DNA of 64,000 bases from Abditibacteriaceae bacterium (GCA_965277285.1 OZ255721.1:576001-640000); one strand, 5' to 3'. Shown: positions 1-10,450, counted from the first letter of the stretch. Numbers and translations are program-made. The notes: a model not told the origin generated them from the letters alone.

Positions 1-32
1 TGATTGAGACATAACTAACATTTGAAGGAGCG

Positions 33-1505
33 ATGATTTTGAAAATTGAACCTTACGCCGGTCTCGAACCCGCGCAACTGTGGCGCCATTTTGCGGCGCT
101 CAACGCGATTCCGCGACCTTCGGGTCAAGAAGCGGCGGCACGCGCTTATGTTCGACAAATCGCGCAAAGCGTTAGTGCAACATACAACGAAGATGCGGCG
201 GGCAACCTCGTGGTTCGCGTCGCGGCACAAAATGGCGGCTCGGCTGATGCGCCGATTGTCGCCATTCAATCGCATTTGGATATGGTTTGCGAAAAGCGCC
301 CCGATGTGCAACACGATTTTGCTGTCGATGCGATTCAAACGCGACGCGAAGGCGACCTGATTTTGGCGAACGGCACCACGCTGGGAGCGGATAACGGCAT
401 CGGAGCCGCCGCAGCGCTGGCTCTTTTGACAGAACCGAACTTGCGACACGGACGATTGGAACTGATTTTTACGGTCGAAGAGGAAACCGGCTTGCATGGC
501 GCAATGGCGATTGATGCGGCTCTCCTCGAAGCGACGATGCTGATCAACCTGGATTCGGAAGACCCCGATGAACTGACTATCGGTTGTGCCGGAGGCGCCA
601 CAACCGTGCTCTATCTGCCGCTGGAGCGTGAAGCTGCGCCTGTCAATTGGACGATGTGCGAAGTGCGCGTCGGCGGCTTGAAAGGTGGGCACAGCGGCGT
701 CCAAATTCACGAACCTTTGGCGAATGCGATCAAGTTGCTGACTAATCTGCTGCAATCGCTTCCACAACAGACTTCGTTTCGTTTAGTCGAAATGACGGGC
801 GGCAGCGCGCATAACGCGATACCACGCGATACCACCGCGCATATCGTTGTGGCGCCAGACGCGATTCCAATCCTTGAAAAAAACGTTGAGGAAGCTTGTG
901 AACGACTCCGCGTGCAATGGACAAACGATGAGCCAGGTTTAACCGTCGAATTGCGCGTGGTCGAGGAAAAGTTCGTGTCCTTTGTTCTCACTGCGATGTC
1001 GCAGGAAAAGTTGCTTCGTTTGTTGAACGATTTGCCGCATGGCGTGCTGGCGATGAGCGATCATTTTCCTGGCAAGGTGCAAACTTCGACCAATTTATCG
1101 AACGTTGAAACGCAACTCGACCAGGCCGAAATCGCCACCAGCAGCCGCAGTTTCGTGGCAACGGAATTACAAAACGTTCAGCAGCAAATTCAAAGCATCG
1201 GGAATAAGTCAGGCGCAAAGGTCGAAAGGCGCGATGGATATCCAGGCTGGGAACCCAACGCCAATTCGCGGTTGCTTGAAGTGACCAAAGCGGCTTACCG
1301 ACAAGTGGTTGGAAAACCGGCGCAAGTCGAAGTCGTTCATGCCGGGCTGGAATGCGGCGTCATTTTGTCGTGCAAGCCAGGCATGGAAGCGATCTCCTTT
1401 GGCCCATTAATTCGAGGTGCGCATTCGCCCGAAGAATGCGTCGCCATTTCCACTGTAGCGCCGACCTGGAAATTGCTGACCACTTTACTGGCGGATTTGA
1501 GTTGA
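33..1505 (+). CDS. pepD: Aminoacyl-histidine dipeptidase (peptidase D, M20C)
   Basis: Motifs IPRPS, QSHLDMVCEK, GTTLGADNGIG, FTVEEETGL, NLDSED, GGHSG, HAGLECG and GAHSPEE. SD GAAGGAG upstream. Confidence 0.93.
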   Translation: MILKIEPYAGLEPAQLWRHFAALNAIPRPSGQEAAARAYVRQIAQSVSATYNEDAAGNLVVRVAAQNGGSADAPIVAIQSHLDMVCEKRPDVQHDFAVDAIQTRREGDLILANGTTLGADNGIGAAAALALLTEPNLRHGRLELIFTVEEETGLHGAMAIDAALLEATMLINLDSEDPDELTIGCAGGATTVLYLPLEREAAPVNWTMCEVRVGGLKGGHSGVQIHEPLANAIKLLTNLLQSLPQQTSFRLVEMTGGSAHNAIPRDTTAHIVVAPDAIPILEKNVEEACERLRVQWTNDEPGLTVELRVVEEKFVSFVLTAMSQEKLLRLLNDLPHGVLAMSDHFPGKVQTSTNLSNVETQLDQAEIATSSRSFVATELQNVQQQIQSIGNKSGAKVERRDGYPGWEPNANSRLLEVTKAAYRQVVGKPAQVEVVHAGLECGVILSCKPGMEAISFGPLIRGAHSPEECVAISTVAPTWKLLTTLLADLS

Positions 1506-1520
1506 GGAAAGCAAGGGAAA

Positions 1521-2039
1521 TCAGGCGGAATAGCCACAGCGTTGCAAAAACCGCGCAAGATTATTGTTATCATTGCGCGCCTTCAGGCCAAGAGCGTAAC
1601 TCATTTGCGCAGCGACAGCTAAAGCCAGCAGGTTGGCAACGGTAGCAAAAACGATGCGGGGCAAAGTGAAAAAGCCGGAACCGCGATGCAGGAGGTGAGG
1701 AGTCGTTTTTCCATATATGATCCACGCTACTGCCAATACGAACAGAATGGAAATCTCCATTGCGTAACAAAAGAAAGTTGCCTGCGCGAAATGCTTTTCT
1801 TCTCCGTCGGGCGCCCCAAAAGTCGAGAAAGCCACGCCCAGACCGGTGCTACAAGGCAAGACGAAAAACAACAGATAGATCAATGCCACAACTGAAAACT
1901 GGTGGAACGATAGAGGCCGACCAGAAAATTGCCGCAGCAGAACACCAATGAAAAACGGCACGCCGAGGATAAAGCCGACAATGGCTTGGCTTATTTTGTG
2001 GTTTTTAGAGCCAATCTTCCAGGCTGCTTCGCTCATCAT
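1521..2039 (-). CDS. Hypothetical membrane protein (about 4 TM segments)
   Basis: 172 aa ORF with several hydrophobic segments. AAGGA SD upstream. Convergent with pepD. Confidence 0.6.
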   Translation of the reverse strand: MMSEAAWKIGSKNHKISQAIVGFILGVPFFIGVLLRQFSGRPLSFHQFSVVALIYLLFFVLPCSTGLGVAFSTFGAPDGEEKHFAQATFFCYAMEISILFVLAVAWIIYGKTTPHLLHRGSGFFTLPRIVFATVANLLALAVAAQMSYALGLKARNDNNNLARFLQRCGYSA

Positions 2040-2171
2040 TTTTCCTTGAGGACATCCGCAGTTTCAATTTCGATCAAAAATTTTGCCACTTGAAACCAGG
2101 TATACCGGCTATAATGTCTCGCATGAACGCCATGAGACTTCAACGAATAAGCCCGTGCTCATTTTCGGCAC

Positions 2172-2244
2172 GGGCTTATAGCTCAATGGTCAGAGCACCA
2201 CTCTTATAAAGTGGCGGTTGCCGGTTCGAGTCCGGCTAAGCCTA
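2172..2244 (+). tRNA. tRNA-Ile with UAU anticodon (CCA not encoded)
   Basis: Cloverleaf: acceptor GGGCTTA/TAAGCCT, D arm GCTC/GAGC, anticodon stem CCACT/AGTGG with loop CT-TAT-AA (TAT at 2205-2207), T arm GCCGG-TTCGAGT-CCGGC, discriminator A. Confidence 0.9.
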
Positions 2245-2468
2245 TTTTCGCAACATCGAGTACTCGAATGATTCGCTCTTTTAACCAGGATTCGACCTAC
2301 GCTTCGCTGTACATTTAAATCTTCTTCGCTTCTTTGTGCACCCACAGCATTGGACATCAAATGCGTTGTGCGAGTCGATAGAACCGCTGCTGCTCGTTGG
2401 ATAGAAGAGAGTGCGCCAAGTCGCTCAGGCCTTTGGCTAAAACGCCCACATCTATTATCCACAAACAA

Positions 2469-2503
2469 AACCACCGACCTATCGAAAAGACAGGTCGGTG
2501 GTT
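2469..2503 (-). terminator. Probable intrinsic terminator of the ABC/GH2 operon
   Basis: Hairpin AACCACCGACCT / AGGTCGGTGGTT with a U-rich tract on the minus strand, downstream of the GH2 stop at 2620. Confidence 0.6.
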
Positions 2504-2619
2504 CGGAACTCAGTCTGGCTTCAAAACCTTACGAGCGGGATGAAGAAGTTACTGGGCACCTTGAAAAACAAGGTATCGAGTACTCTATAAAGCGTTGTAA
2601 TAAGGTCTTGAGATCTGTT

Positions 2620-5600
2620 TTATGCAGAGGCTCCAATGGCGCGCAAGGTGAAGGCTCCTGACAACGACTGACCTTTCTTAGCGTCGATATTGTGGTTGTC
2701 AACCCAACTGCCGCTCAAGCCCCGCAGACCCGCCACTTCGCGGGAAGCGAACAAAGTCGTGCTGGCGCTGCCAGGATTGGCGCGACCAATTAAAGACTGA
2801 CCTTGTGGCAACAATGCGACACCAAATCCCGCGGCGTCCGTAAGCGTGAGCCAATGCAGATTGCGCTTTGACGCCCGGAAAAGAACATCGCCCGACTGGC
2901 TCGTTCCGCTTGGCTCGCCCAAATGTCCGGCAGGGTAATCGAGAAAGTAGGGATCGCGCTGCCAATTCATTGTCGATAGGCTGGTGGGGACGGACAGCTT
3001 TAGCCCGGATTCCCACAAGCGCGCGTCGGGCGCCGTCCAATCCAATTTCCAACTCACGCGCATTTCCGCATTGGCCGCGATGTCGTAGGTGCAAGTCAAT
3101 GTTCCCAAAGCTGAACCATCAGCGCCGTTTCGCACGTCGCTGACGACATTAACACGTATAGAGCCACCGCTTCCCGCAGTTGAAGTGACTTGCGCACCTT
3201 CAGTGACAGGCGGCTGAGACGATTGGAAGTAACCGCCTTCATTGCCGGCCTTGGCTTCGCCCAAATTCACGATGGGGCCGCCCACGAGCAGATTCCGCTT
3301 GCCGATGCGCCATGAACGAATTGTTCCCGAGTGCTTGTCGAAGAGAACTTCCTGCAAACCATTGGCGACGCGCAAAGTATCGGCGCCATCCTGCGTTGTC
3401 AAAGGTGCACCCGCCGCGAGCGCTGCCGGTGGCGGAGCAAGAGCAATTCCATCAACTGGAAGGTTCGCGCTCGATACCGATCTCCCATCGGGGTGAATGA
3501 ATTCCAGGCGCAGTGTCGTCATGCCTGCGGGCGCCGGAAAACTGGCCTGAACGCTTTGCATCGGCGCGCAAGGAATGTGCAAGGTGCCACTGCGCAGAAC
3601 CGTCTTTCCCTGCAAGGCGATCCAACGGCAGGACAACTCGGCGAGATCGGTGAACGAGTAGTGGTTGGTGAGCGGGACGGTGCAAGTTCCAGTACTCGAT
3701 TGGACGCTGCGCGCTCCGACTACGACCGGGCTGTAGGCCATCCTCACAATCCACCATTCGGGCTTGGGATTGCGGTAACCGTCCACAATGCCCTTATTGT
3801 TTTCCTGACGCAGACGATCGGGGCCGTACCAGAACTCGCGGGTTTTATCGGCGTTTTTGTCGGCGACGCCCTGGCTCTGCCATTCCCAGATGAACGATCC
3901 GAGCAAGTTGGGAGCAGGCCACAACTTGTTCCATGTCTTGATCAGCGTTTCCGACCACAAATCGGAGACGCCAGGATCGTAATCCTGCGCTTCCTTTTCG
4001 TAAAAGGTGTGCGGATGCTCTGTGTAGTTGACCGGCCAGCGAACGTTGGTTTGATTGGTGTCCCGATCCACCGTATCCGGGCCGGGATAATGATCGTCCT
4101 TCCACTCTTGTCCTTTGGCACTTTCGGGATCCTGGCCTGAAACAAAGGCTGGCCGCGTCGGGTCGGTACGCTTGACCAGATCGATCACCAGTTGAGAGTC
4201 CTGTCCCATCGGGTTTTCGTTGCCCAAACTCCAGGCCAGTACGCAAGGCCGGTTCTTATCGCGCGCAACGGTTTCCTGAGCGCGCTGCAACAAGTAAGGC
4301 GCATAGGCCAGGTCTTTTACGCTGTCGTTAATCCAACAGTAGGGAACCTCGTCCAGAATATACATGCCCTTCTCATCGCACAATTCCAGAAAGCGCGCGG
4401 CGTGGTTGTAGTGCGAAGTGCGGACGGCGTTGATATTGGCCGCCTTCATCATATTCAAGTCACGGTTCCACTCGATGTCGGTCAGGGCGAAACCTTTATC
4501 GGCCCAGAAATCGTGACGGCAGATGCCAGTGCATTTGATCGGCTGACCATTCCACAGCACAACGTTGTTCTTGATTTCTATTTGCCGAAATCCGAAACGC
4601 TGCTCGACGCGCTCCACAGCTTTGCCGCCGCTCGAAAGTTCGAGCACGACGTAATAAAGATTCGGCTTTTCTGCCGACCACAATCGGGGAGCCGTCACCG
4701 GCGCGCTCAAGGAAACATCGGTCGTTCCAGCGCTTCCTACCAGGCCTTGTCCTGAAAGCTGCACGCCGGTCGCTTTGCCGCTGGAATCGACCAAATGTCC
4801 CGTAATGGAAACGGCCTGACCCGGAGTTCCCATCACCTGCACTTGAGTGAGCAGGGTGGCGTCCCGATAGTTCGGAGCGAGGGGCGTGCGTACCGTAATA
4901 TCATGAACGTGCGTTTGCGGAACGGCGATGAGCGAAGTGTCGCGGTAAATGCCACCCATCGACTGAAAATCGCCGGTGTCGGCATCGAATGAAGGCGTCA
5001 TCTTGGAAACGCGCACCGCCAGTAAATTGCGCTGTCCTGGCTTGATCAATCCGGTCAAATCGACCTGAAAAGCCGTGTAGCCGCTTTCGTGATAACCCGC
5101 TCTTTGCCCGTTGACGAACACTTCGGCGCCATCCAAAGCGCCATCGAAATGCCAGTAAATTCGCTTGCCCGTCCACGTCTTCGGAACGGTGATGCTGCGC
5201 CGATACAACCCTACCGTGTTATCCACGGAATCGTAGGTCGGGAGCGAATAGCCCAGCATTTCCCAGTTGGAAGGAACTGGAATGTTGTCCCACTTCGCGT
5301 CGACAAGGCTTGGCGCGGCGAAGGCATCACGCACGGACTGGTTCACGGCCATTGGGGTTGGCGGTTTCCACAAAGATTCTCGGCCATTTTCCAGCGTGCG
5401 AATTTGAAGCTCGCGGATGGACGCCCATCTGCCGCCGCTGACTGCCGAGATCGTCACGCGAACATAACGCACATCGGCGGATTGGACAGTGATTGGCCCG
5501 TCGCCAACTCCCGGCGCGGCGGATGCATCGGCCAGCGTAACCCACTGCCCTGCGTTGCGTTCCTTGCGCCCCTGAATGCGGTACTGGTAGAGGGTATTTG

Positions 5601-6057
5601 GATATTCCCAGGTAATCCCGATGTTCTGGACGTGATGGACTTTGCCCAGATCGGCTTCGAGCCACTGCGGGACATCGCCGCTGCTGGCGCACCAGCGCGT
5701 GGCCTGGTCGCCGTCAAAGGCCAGTGCAGGTGCATTGTTTCCTTCAGTACTCGATGCATCGAAAGAACCCGGAACGCCCGGCTCGAACTGACCCGCATTG
5801 ATGCGCCCATGCGTCAATTGGAACTTCCATGTCCCGGTCAAGGACAAGTTCCACGGGTTGTTGGCGCGCAGCACGTTGGGCGCAACGGCAACCGCTCCCG
5901 GTAAGGGCAGTGGCAGCGAAGCCGGAGCAACGCGCCCTACATCCTGGGCCAGCGATGGAACGGCCAACGCTGGCAGGAGCAACAGCGACAGTGATGCCGC
6001 AATACGGCGCGAGAGGCGAGCGGTTTTGAGTCTTTTGCTACGGGACTGAAAAATCAT
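2620..6057 (-). CDS. Secreted GH2 beta-galactosidase-like glycoside hydrolase with F5/8 (CBM32) domain
   Basis: Signal peptide. Discoidin motif (AFDGDQATRW, QWLEADLG). GH2 motifs GICRHD, NAVRTSHY, WSLGNE and FIWEW. ATG at 6057 overlaps the permease stop (ATGA) and has an AAGGA SD. Confidence 0.88.
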   Translation of the reverse strand: MIFQSRSKRLKTARLSRRIAASLSLLLLPALAVPSLAQDVGRVAPASLPLPLPGAVAVAPNVLRANNPWNLSLTGTWKFQLTHGRINAGQFEPGVPGSFDASSTEGNNAPALAFDGDQATRWCASSGDVPQWLEADLGKVHHVQNIGITWEYPNTLYQYRIQGRKERNAGQWVTLADASAAPGVGDGPITVQSADVRYVRVTISAVSGGRWASIRELQIRTLENGRESLWKPPTPMAVNQSVRDAFAAPSLVDAKWDNIPVPSNWEMLGYSLPTYDSVDNTVGLYRRSITVPKTWTGKRIYWHFDGALDGAEVFVNGQRAGYHESGYTAFQVDLTGLIKPGQRNLLAVRVSKMTPSFDADTGDFQSMGGIYRDTSLIAVPQTHVHDITVRTPLAPNYRDATLLTQVQVMGTPGQAVSITGHLVDSSGKATGVQLSGQGLVGSAGTTDVSLSAPVTAPRLWSAEKPNLYYVVLELSSGGKAVERVEQRFGFRQIEIKNNVVLWNGQPIKCTGICRHDFWADKGFALTDIEWNRDLNMMKAANINAVRTSHYNHAARFLELCDEKGMYILDEVPYCWINDSVKDLAYAPYLLQRAQETVARDKNRPCVLAWSLGNENPMGQDSQLVIDLVKRTDPTRPAFVSGQDPESAKGQEWKDDHYPGPDTVDRDTNQTNVRWPVNYTEHPHTFYEKEAQDYDPGVSDLWSETLIKTWNKLWPAPNLLGSFIWEWQSQGVADKNADKTREFWYGPDRLRQENNKGIVDGYRNPKPEWWIVRMAYSPVVVGARSVQSSTGTCTVPLTNHYSFTDLAELSCRWIALQGKTVLRSGTLHIPCAPMQSVQASFPAPAGMTTLRLEFIHPDGRSVSSANLPVDGIALAPPPAALAAGAPLTTQDGADTLRVANGLQEVLFDKHSGTIRSWRIGKRNLLVGGPIVNLGEAKAGNEGGYFQSSQPPVTEGAQVTSTAGSGGSIRVNVVSDVRNGADGSALGTLTCTYDIAANAEMRVSWKLDWTAPDARLWESGLKLSVPTSLSTMNWQRDPYFLDYPAGHLGEPSGTSQSGDVLFRASKRNLHWLTLTDAAGFGVALLPQGQSLIGRANPGSASTTLFASREVAGLRGLSGSWVDNHNIDAKKGQSLSGAFTLRAIGASA

Positions 6058-7058
6058 CGTGTTCCTTTTTGCTTCAGGCGGTCTAATAAAACGGCAGCCA
6101 GCAAAATGCCGCCAGAGGCAATGTATTGGTAAAAAGGCGGGATATTGAGCAAGTTCATGGCGTTTTGCACGGTGCCCATAATCAGCGCGCCCACAATAAC
6201 CGCGAGGATAGAGCCAACGCCGCCAGTAAGCGAGACGCCGCCTAAAACGCACGCCGAAATGACCTGAAGTTCCAGGCCTTGCGCGGTGCTGGGTTGACCC
6301 GAAGTGAGACGCGACGCCAAAATGACGCCCGCAAATCCGGCGACCAAACCTTGCAGGGTAAAAATAATGATTTTAGTGCGCGTGACGGGAATGCCCGCCA
6401 GTCGAGACGCTTCCGCGTTGCCGCCAATTGCCAGCGTGTTGCGACCGAAGATCGTCTTGCTCAGTAGAAAACCGAACACAATGAAACAAGCGATCATAAT
6501 CCACACCGGCGTTGGAATGCCCAGCATGCTGGAAATACCGAGCACGAAAAAATTGCTTTCCGTGACGCCAACAGCTTTGCCATCCGAAACGATGTAAGCC
6601 AGTCCGCGCACGATTTGCATCGTCGCCAATGTGGTAATCAGCGCGTTGATGCCCAACTTGGCGATGACGGAACCGTTCACCAATCCGACAGCGCCGCCCG
6701 CCAAGATTCCGGCCAAAATCCCCAGGAAGACGTTGCCCGTGGCATTCACAACCACCGCCGCCAAAACGCCCGAAAGCGCGACGATGGAGCCGACCGACAA
6801 ATCGAAATCGCCCGATGCCAGGCAAAACAACATGGTGCAGGCGATGATACCCACCGTCGCCACCGACAGCCCCAGACCTTTCATGTTGACCCAGGAGAAA
6901 AAGTTGGGGACAAACAGCGATGTCAGCGCGAAAAGCACCAGAAAGACAATCAACATCCCCGAGCTTTGCCAGAGCGCCGCCACATCGGGACGAGTACGCA
7001 CGGTCGGTATCGATTCGGCAGCAGCGGCAGGCGGTGAAGAAAGTGTCGGAGAGTTCAT
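6054..7058 (-). CDS. araH: L-arabinose-type ABC transporter permease
   Basis: MLFCLASGDFDLSVGS, INALITTLATMQIVRGLAYI, FGRNTLAIGGN and ISACVLGGVSL match AraH. Start taken at MNSPT. Confidence 0.85.
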   Translation of the reverse strand: MNSPTLSSPPAAAAESIPTVRTRPDVAALWQSSGMLIVFLVLFALTSLFVPNFFSWVNMKGLGLSVATVGIIACTMLFCLASGDFDLSVGSIVALSGVLAAVVVNATGNVFLGILAGILAGGAVGLVNGSVIAKLGINALITTLATMQIVRGLAYIVSDGKAVGVTESNFFVLGISSMLGIPTPVWIMIACFIVFGFLLSKTIFGRNTLAIGGNAEASRLAGIPVTRTKIIIFTLQGLVAGFAGVILASRLTSGQPSTAQGLELQVISACVLGGVSLTGGVGSILAVIVGALIMGTVQNAMNLLNIPPFYQYIASGGILLAAVLLDRLKQKGTR

Positions 7059-7144
7059 AAAGGTAGATTCAACGATAAGTTCAACGAGCAATCGTGTCAG
7101 TTGGCAATCGAGTACTCGATAGGGTTGTTCCGCCGCATCCCGGT

Positions 7145-8674
7145 TCAACGAGCAACCGTTTCGACAGCCGGAGCAAGATTTTCGACCGGCAAAGCCATTT
7201 GCAACGCCTTTTCCGGCGTGGCCTGTTCGCGCGAAAGCTCGCCCACCAGTTGCCCTTGGCGCATCACGAAAAGGCGGTCGCAAATGCCCAGCACTTCAGG
7301 AAGTTCGCTGGAAACCACAACCACGCCGATGCCTTGTTGCGCCAGGTCGTAAATGATGTTGTAAATCTCGCTTTTGGCGCCGACATCAATGCCTCGCGTC
7401 GGCTCATCGAGCAAAATCACCTTGACTTCTTCGCTGAGCCAGCGCGCTAAAATAACTTTTTGCTGGTTACCGCCCGATAAATTAACAATAAGCTGCGAAG
7501 GCGAAGGCGTTTTGACACTCAGTTTGCGGATGTAATCGAGCGCGTTGGCTCGTTCACGTTTTTCATCGATCCAAAAACCCAGACCGGAAAAGTGGCGCCG
7601 ACCACTGAGGTTGAGGTTCTCCTGGACGGAGCGCACACCAATAATACCTTCGCCTTTGCGATCTTCGGGGCAAAAAACGATGCCTGTGCGGATGGCATTG
7701 CGCGGCGTCTTGACGTTGACCGCGATGCCTTGAACCTCGATTTGACCTGCCGTTTTGCGGACGGCGCCATAAAGCAGCTTCATCAATTCGCTGCGTCCGG
7801 CGCCCACCAAGCCGAAGAAACCCACAATTTCGCCACGCTTCACTTCAAAACTGACCGGTGCGGCGAGTCCCGGCCCCATTAAATCTTGGACTTTGAGCGC
7901 CGTCTCGCCGTGGGGACGCGGGCTGTAGTTCCAAATGTTCTCAATCGAGCGCCCGACCATGCGTTGCACCAGCGTATCGGGCGAGACGCCTTCGAGAGAC
8001 TCGAAAGTTTCCACATGGCGCCCATCGCGGAACACCGTGGCCGCGTCGCACAGGCTGAAAATCTCATCCATGCGATGGGAAACGTAAAGGATCACTTTTC
8101 CCTGCCGCTTGAGTTCGGCAATCACAGCGAACAAATGCTCGACTTCGCGGGTGGAAAGACTGGAAGTCGGTTCATCGAAGGCGATCACCGTCGCGTCGTG
8201 CGACAACGCCTTGGCGATTTCGACCATCTGGCGTTGCGCCAATGACAAACTACTGACACGGGCGTTCGGGTCGATGGCTTCGCCCAACATTTCGAGTTGA
8301 CGGCGCGTTCGCTGAAGCAACTCGCCGCGCTTAACGATGCCCAGATGACCTGGCAAATGACCCAAAAACAAATTTTCGGCCACGCTCATTTCGGGGACAA
8401 GATGCAATTCCTGGTAGATAACGGCCACGCCAGCCGCGATTGCTTCCGACGTATTGCGAAAAACGTGCGGCGTGCCATCAATAGATAAAGTGCCGCCATT
8501 AGGACGGTAAGCGCCGCTCAAAATCTTGAGAAGCGTGCTTTTTCCGGCGCCATTTTCACCCAACAAAGCGTGAATGCTGCCCTGGCGCACACCAAACGAC
8601 ACCGCGTCCAGAGCGCGCACGCCGGGGAAGGTTTTCGTGACTTCTTCAAATTGTAAATAAGGAGAATGAGCCAA
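7145..8674 (-). CDS. araG: L-arabinose-type ABC transporter ATP-binding protein
   Basis: Two ABC domains: GENGAGKSTL, IAFDEPTSSLS, GLVGAGRSEL and LSGGNQQK. TTG start with GAAGGA SD. Confidence 0.88.
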   Translation of the reverse strand: MAHSPYLQFEEVTKTFPGVRALDAVSFGVRQGSIHALLGENGAGKSTLLKILSGAYRPNGGTLSIDGTPHVFRNTSEAIAAGVAVIYQELHLVPEMSVAENLFLGHLPGHLGIVKRGELLQRTRRQLEMLGEAIDPNARVSSLSLAQRQMVEIAKALSHDATVIAFDEPTSSLSTREVEHLFAVIAELKRQGKVILYVSHRMDEIFSLCDAATVFRDGRHVETFESLEGVSPDTLVQRMVGRSIENIWNYSPRPHGETALKVQDLMGPGLAAPVSFEVKRGEIVGFFGLVGAGRSELMKLLYGAVRKTAGQIEVQGIAVNVKTPRNAIRTGIVFCPEDRKGEGIIGVRSVQENLNLSGRRHFSGLGFWIDEKRERANALDYIRKLSVKTPSPSQLIVNLSGGNQQKVILARWLSEEVKVILLDEPTRGIDVGAKSEIYNIIYDLAQQGIGVVVVSSELPEVLGICDRLFVMRQGQLVGELSREQATPEKALQMALPVENLAPAVETVAR

Positions 8675-8807
8675 AGATTCCTTCTTGAAACCCGGGCGGA
8701 TTTACCAGCGTTCACGTCGTTGTGTGGCGCTTATCGAGTACTCGATTGCCGGAACACAGGGCAAAATAAGCTCGCCGTGATGTCAGCGTTTAGAACTATC
8801 CGAAGAA

Positions 8808-8868
8808 GGCAACCACAAGGGTTGCCCCTACAAGCAAATTTATCGTAGGGGCAACCCTTGTGGTTGCC
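8808..8868. repeat. GTAG-type REP inverted pair
   Basis: GGCAACCACAAGGGTTGCCCCTAC / GTAGGGGCAACCCTTGTGGTTGCC, between araF and araG. Confidence 0.75.
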
Positions 8869-8928
8869 CAAATGTGGTTGCCCAAAGCCTACGCGAATCT
8901 GGCTGTTTTCGTCTATTCGGACAGGCGC

Positions 8929-9996
8929 TTAGTAGTCCAAGCCTTCCGCCTTCATTTTTTCTTTGTAGTTGTCGCGCGTAATGAGTTGGCCAGTGGTGAA
9001 AGTTTCTTTGGGCGGTTCCTTGCCATCTTTAACCCACTTATAAAGCATTTCGGTCGTCTCGAAACCATGACGACGCGGCGAAATCAGCATGCTGCCGAAG
9101 AAACCTGTCGGCTTGGCTTTTTTGAAATCTTCCACGCCCGTGCTGCCGCCGATGCCGATGCCGATCACATTATCCGCAGTTAACCCACTGCCTTCCATCG
9201 CTCGGATTGCGCCTAAAACGGCCTCATCGTTCATGCCCAACACCAGCCATTTCTTGACATTGCCGTGCTGCGTCAGCACGATATTGGCGGCGTCGAAACC
9301 TCCGGGCGTGTCGCTTGTTTTCTGGGCGCCTTTGTAAATCTGGCCTGCAGGAAAACCGCCCGCCGTCAAAGCCTCGATAGCTCCATCGGTGCGTTCGCGC
9401 GCTGTATCGAGTTCCTCGAACGTCATGGCGCAAACTCCCACTTCGCTTGGATTCCAGCCGCGTTTTTTCATCTCGGCGAGCAACCCTTTGCCGACGTTTT
9501 TGCCGATTTCATGTGCAGAAATGCCCATGTAAGGCACATCCATAGGTTTGCCACCAGCGCCCACAAAACGATCATCGACGGTGAAAATCTTGAGATTATC
9601 GGCTTGCGCCTTAGCCACAATCGCCGGGCCGAGTTTTACATCGGGTGTGCAAATTACGAAGCCCTGCGCGCCCTGTGCGGCCAGGTTGTCGATAGCCGAA
9701 AGAGCCTTTTCTCCATCCGGCGCGCCAATTTTAATCAGCGAAAACTGGTATTTGCTGGCGGCTTGATCGGCGAACTTCCATTCGTTTTGAAACCATGGTT
9801 CTTCAGGTTGCTTGACCAGAAAGCCAAGTTTGATATTGCTTGACGAAGTGCCCGATGCTGTGGAACTGCCTGTGGGTGATGTCCCTTTGTTGCAGCCTTG
9901 AACCAAGAGCAAAGCGGTCGCAAACAAAGGAGCAGCCAGGCCAAACCGCATGGCGACTTTGACTTTGATTCCGGCTTTCAGTGATGGGATGTTCAT
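8929..9996 (-). CDS. araF: L-arabinose-binding lipoprotein
   Basis: KLGFLVKQPEEPWFQNEWKFAD, GFVICTPDVKLGPAI and GMNDEAVLG match AraF. Lipobox-like VQGC. Start uncertain. Confidence 0.87.
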   Translation of the reverse strand: MNIPSLKAGIKVKVAMRFGLAAPLFATALLLVQGCNKGTSPTGSSTASGTSSSNIKLGFLVKQPEEPWFQNEWKFADQAASKYQFSLIKIGAPDGEKALSAIDNLAAQGAQGFVICTPDVKLGPAIVAKAQADNLKIFTVDDRFVGAGGKPMDVPYMGISAHEIGKNVGKGLLAEMKKRGWNPSEVGVCAMTFEELDTARERTDGAIEALTAGGFPAGQIYKGAQKTSDTPGGFDAANIVLTQHGNVKKWLVLGMNDEAVLGAIRAMEGSGLTADNVIGIGIGGSTGVEDFKKAKPTGFFGSMLISPRRHGFETTEMLYKWVKDGKEPPKETFTTGQLITRDNYKEKMKAEGLDY

Positions 9997-10026
9997 GATG
10001 GGAGAACCTAATTATAACATTCTCTT

Positions 10027-10073
10027 GTTAACGTTAACCAGCGAGATTATATCAAATAGTCTATATCGTGCAA
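10027..10073 (-). promoter_or_regulatory. Sigma70 promoter of araFGH-GH2 plus LacI-type operator
   Basis: Minus strand TTGCAC-N16-TATAAT (extended TGn -10) at 10073-10046. Palindrome GTTAACGTTAAC at 10027-10038. Confidence 0.7.
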
Positions 10074-10308
10074 GATTTTTTCGCTGTGCTGGGACAAAGA
10101 ACTCGAATTCCCCAAAGCGCAATAACCGTACAAGGCGTTGAACGTCGTTGCTTTGCTCTGCCTCAAAAACTAATTATAGGCGAATTTGCACCAGACTGGC
10201 AGCTGTTCTACCAATCATTTTAACTCGCCGCATCTCTCCTCTATGTCGGATTTATTAGGAACGAAATAAAAACTTTTCCTTCCATGTTTAGATTTCAACG
10301 AAAGTGGG

Positions 10309-10333
10309 TATAATGTTTTTAGTTAGCGCTAAC
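10309..10333 (+). promoter_or_regulatory. -10 box plus LacI-type operator of the DUF1559 gene
   Basis: TATAAT at 10309-10314, then palindrome GTTAGCGCTAAC at 10322-10333. Confidence 0.65.
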
Positions 10334-10450
10334 AAAGATTAGATCAGGGTGATAAGGGGCATTGATTGTCACTTAATCGAGTTTATTCCCATCTTCGTCC
10401 GCGTCAGAAAAAAGCGTCGAAGTTTTGGGAGACCTCACAGGAGATTTCAG

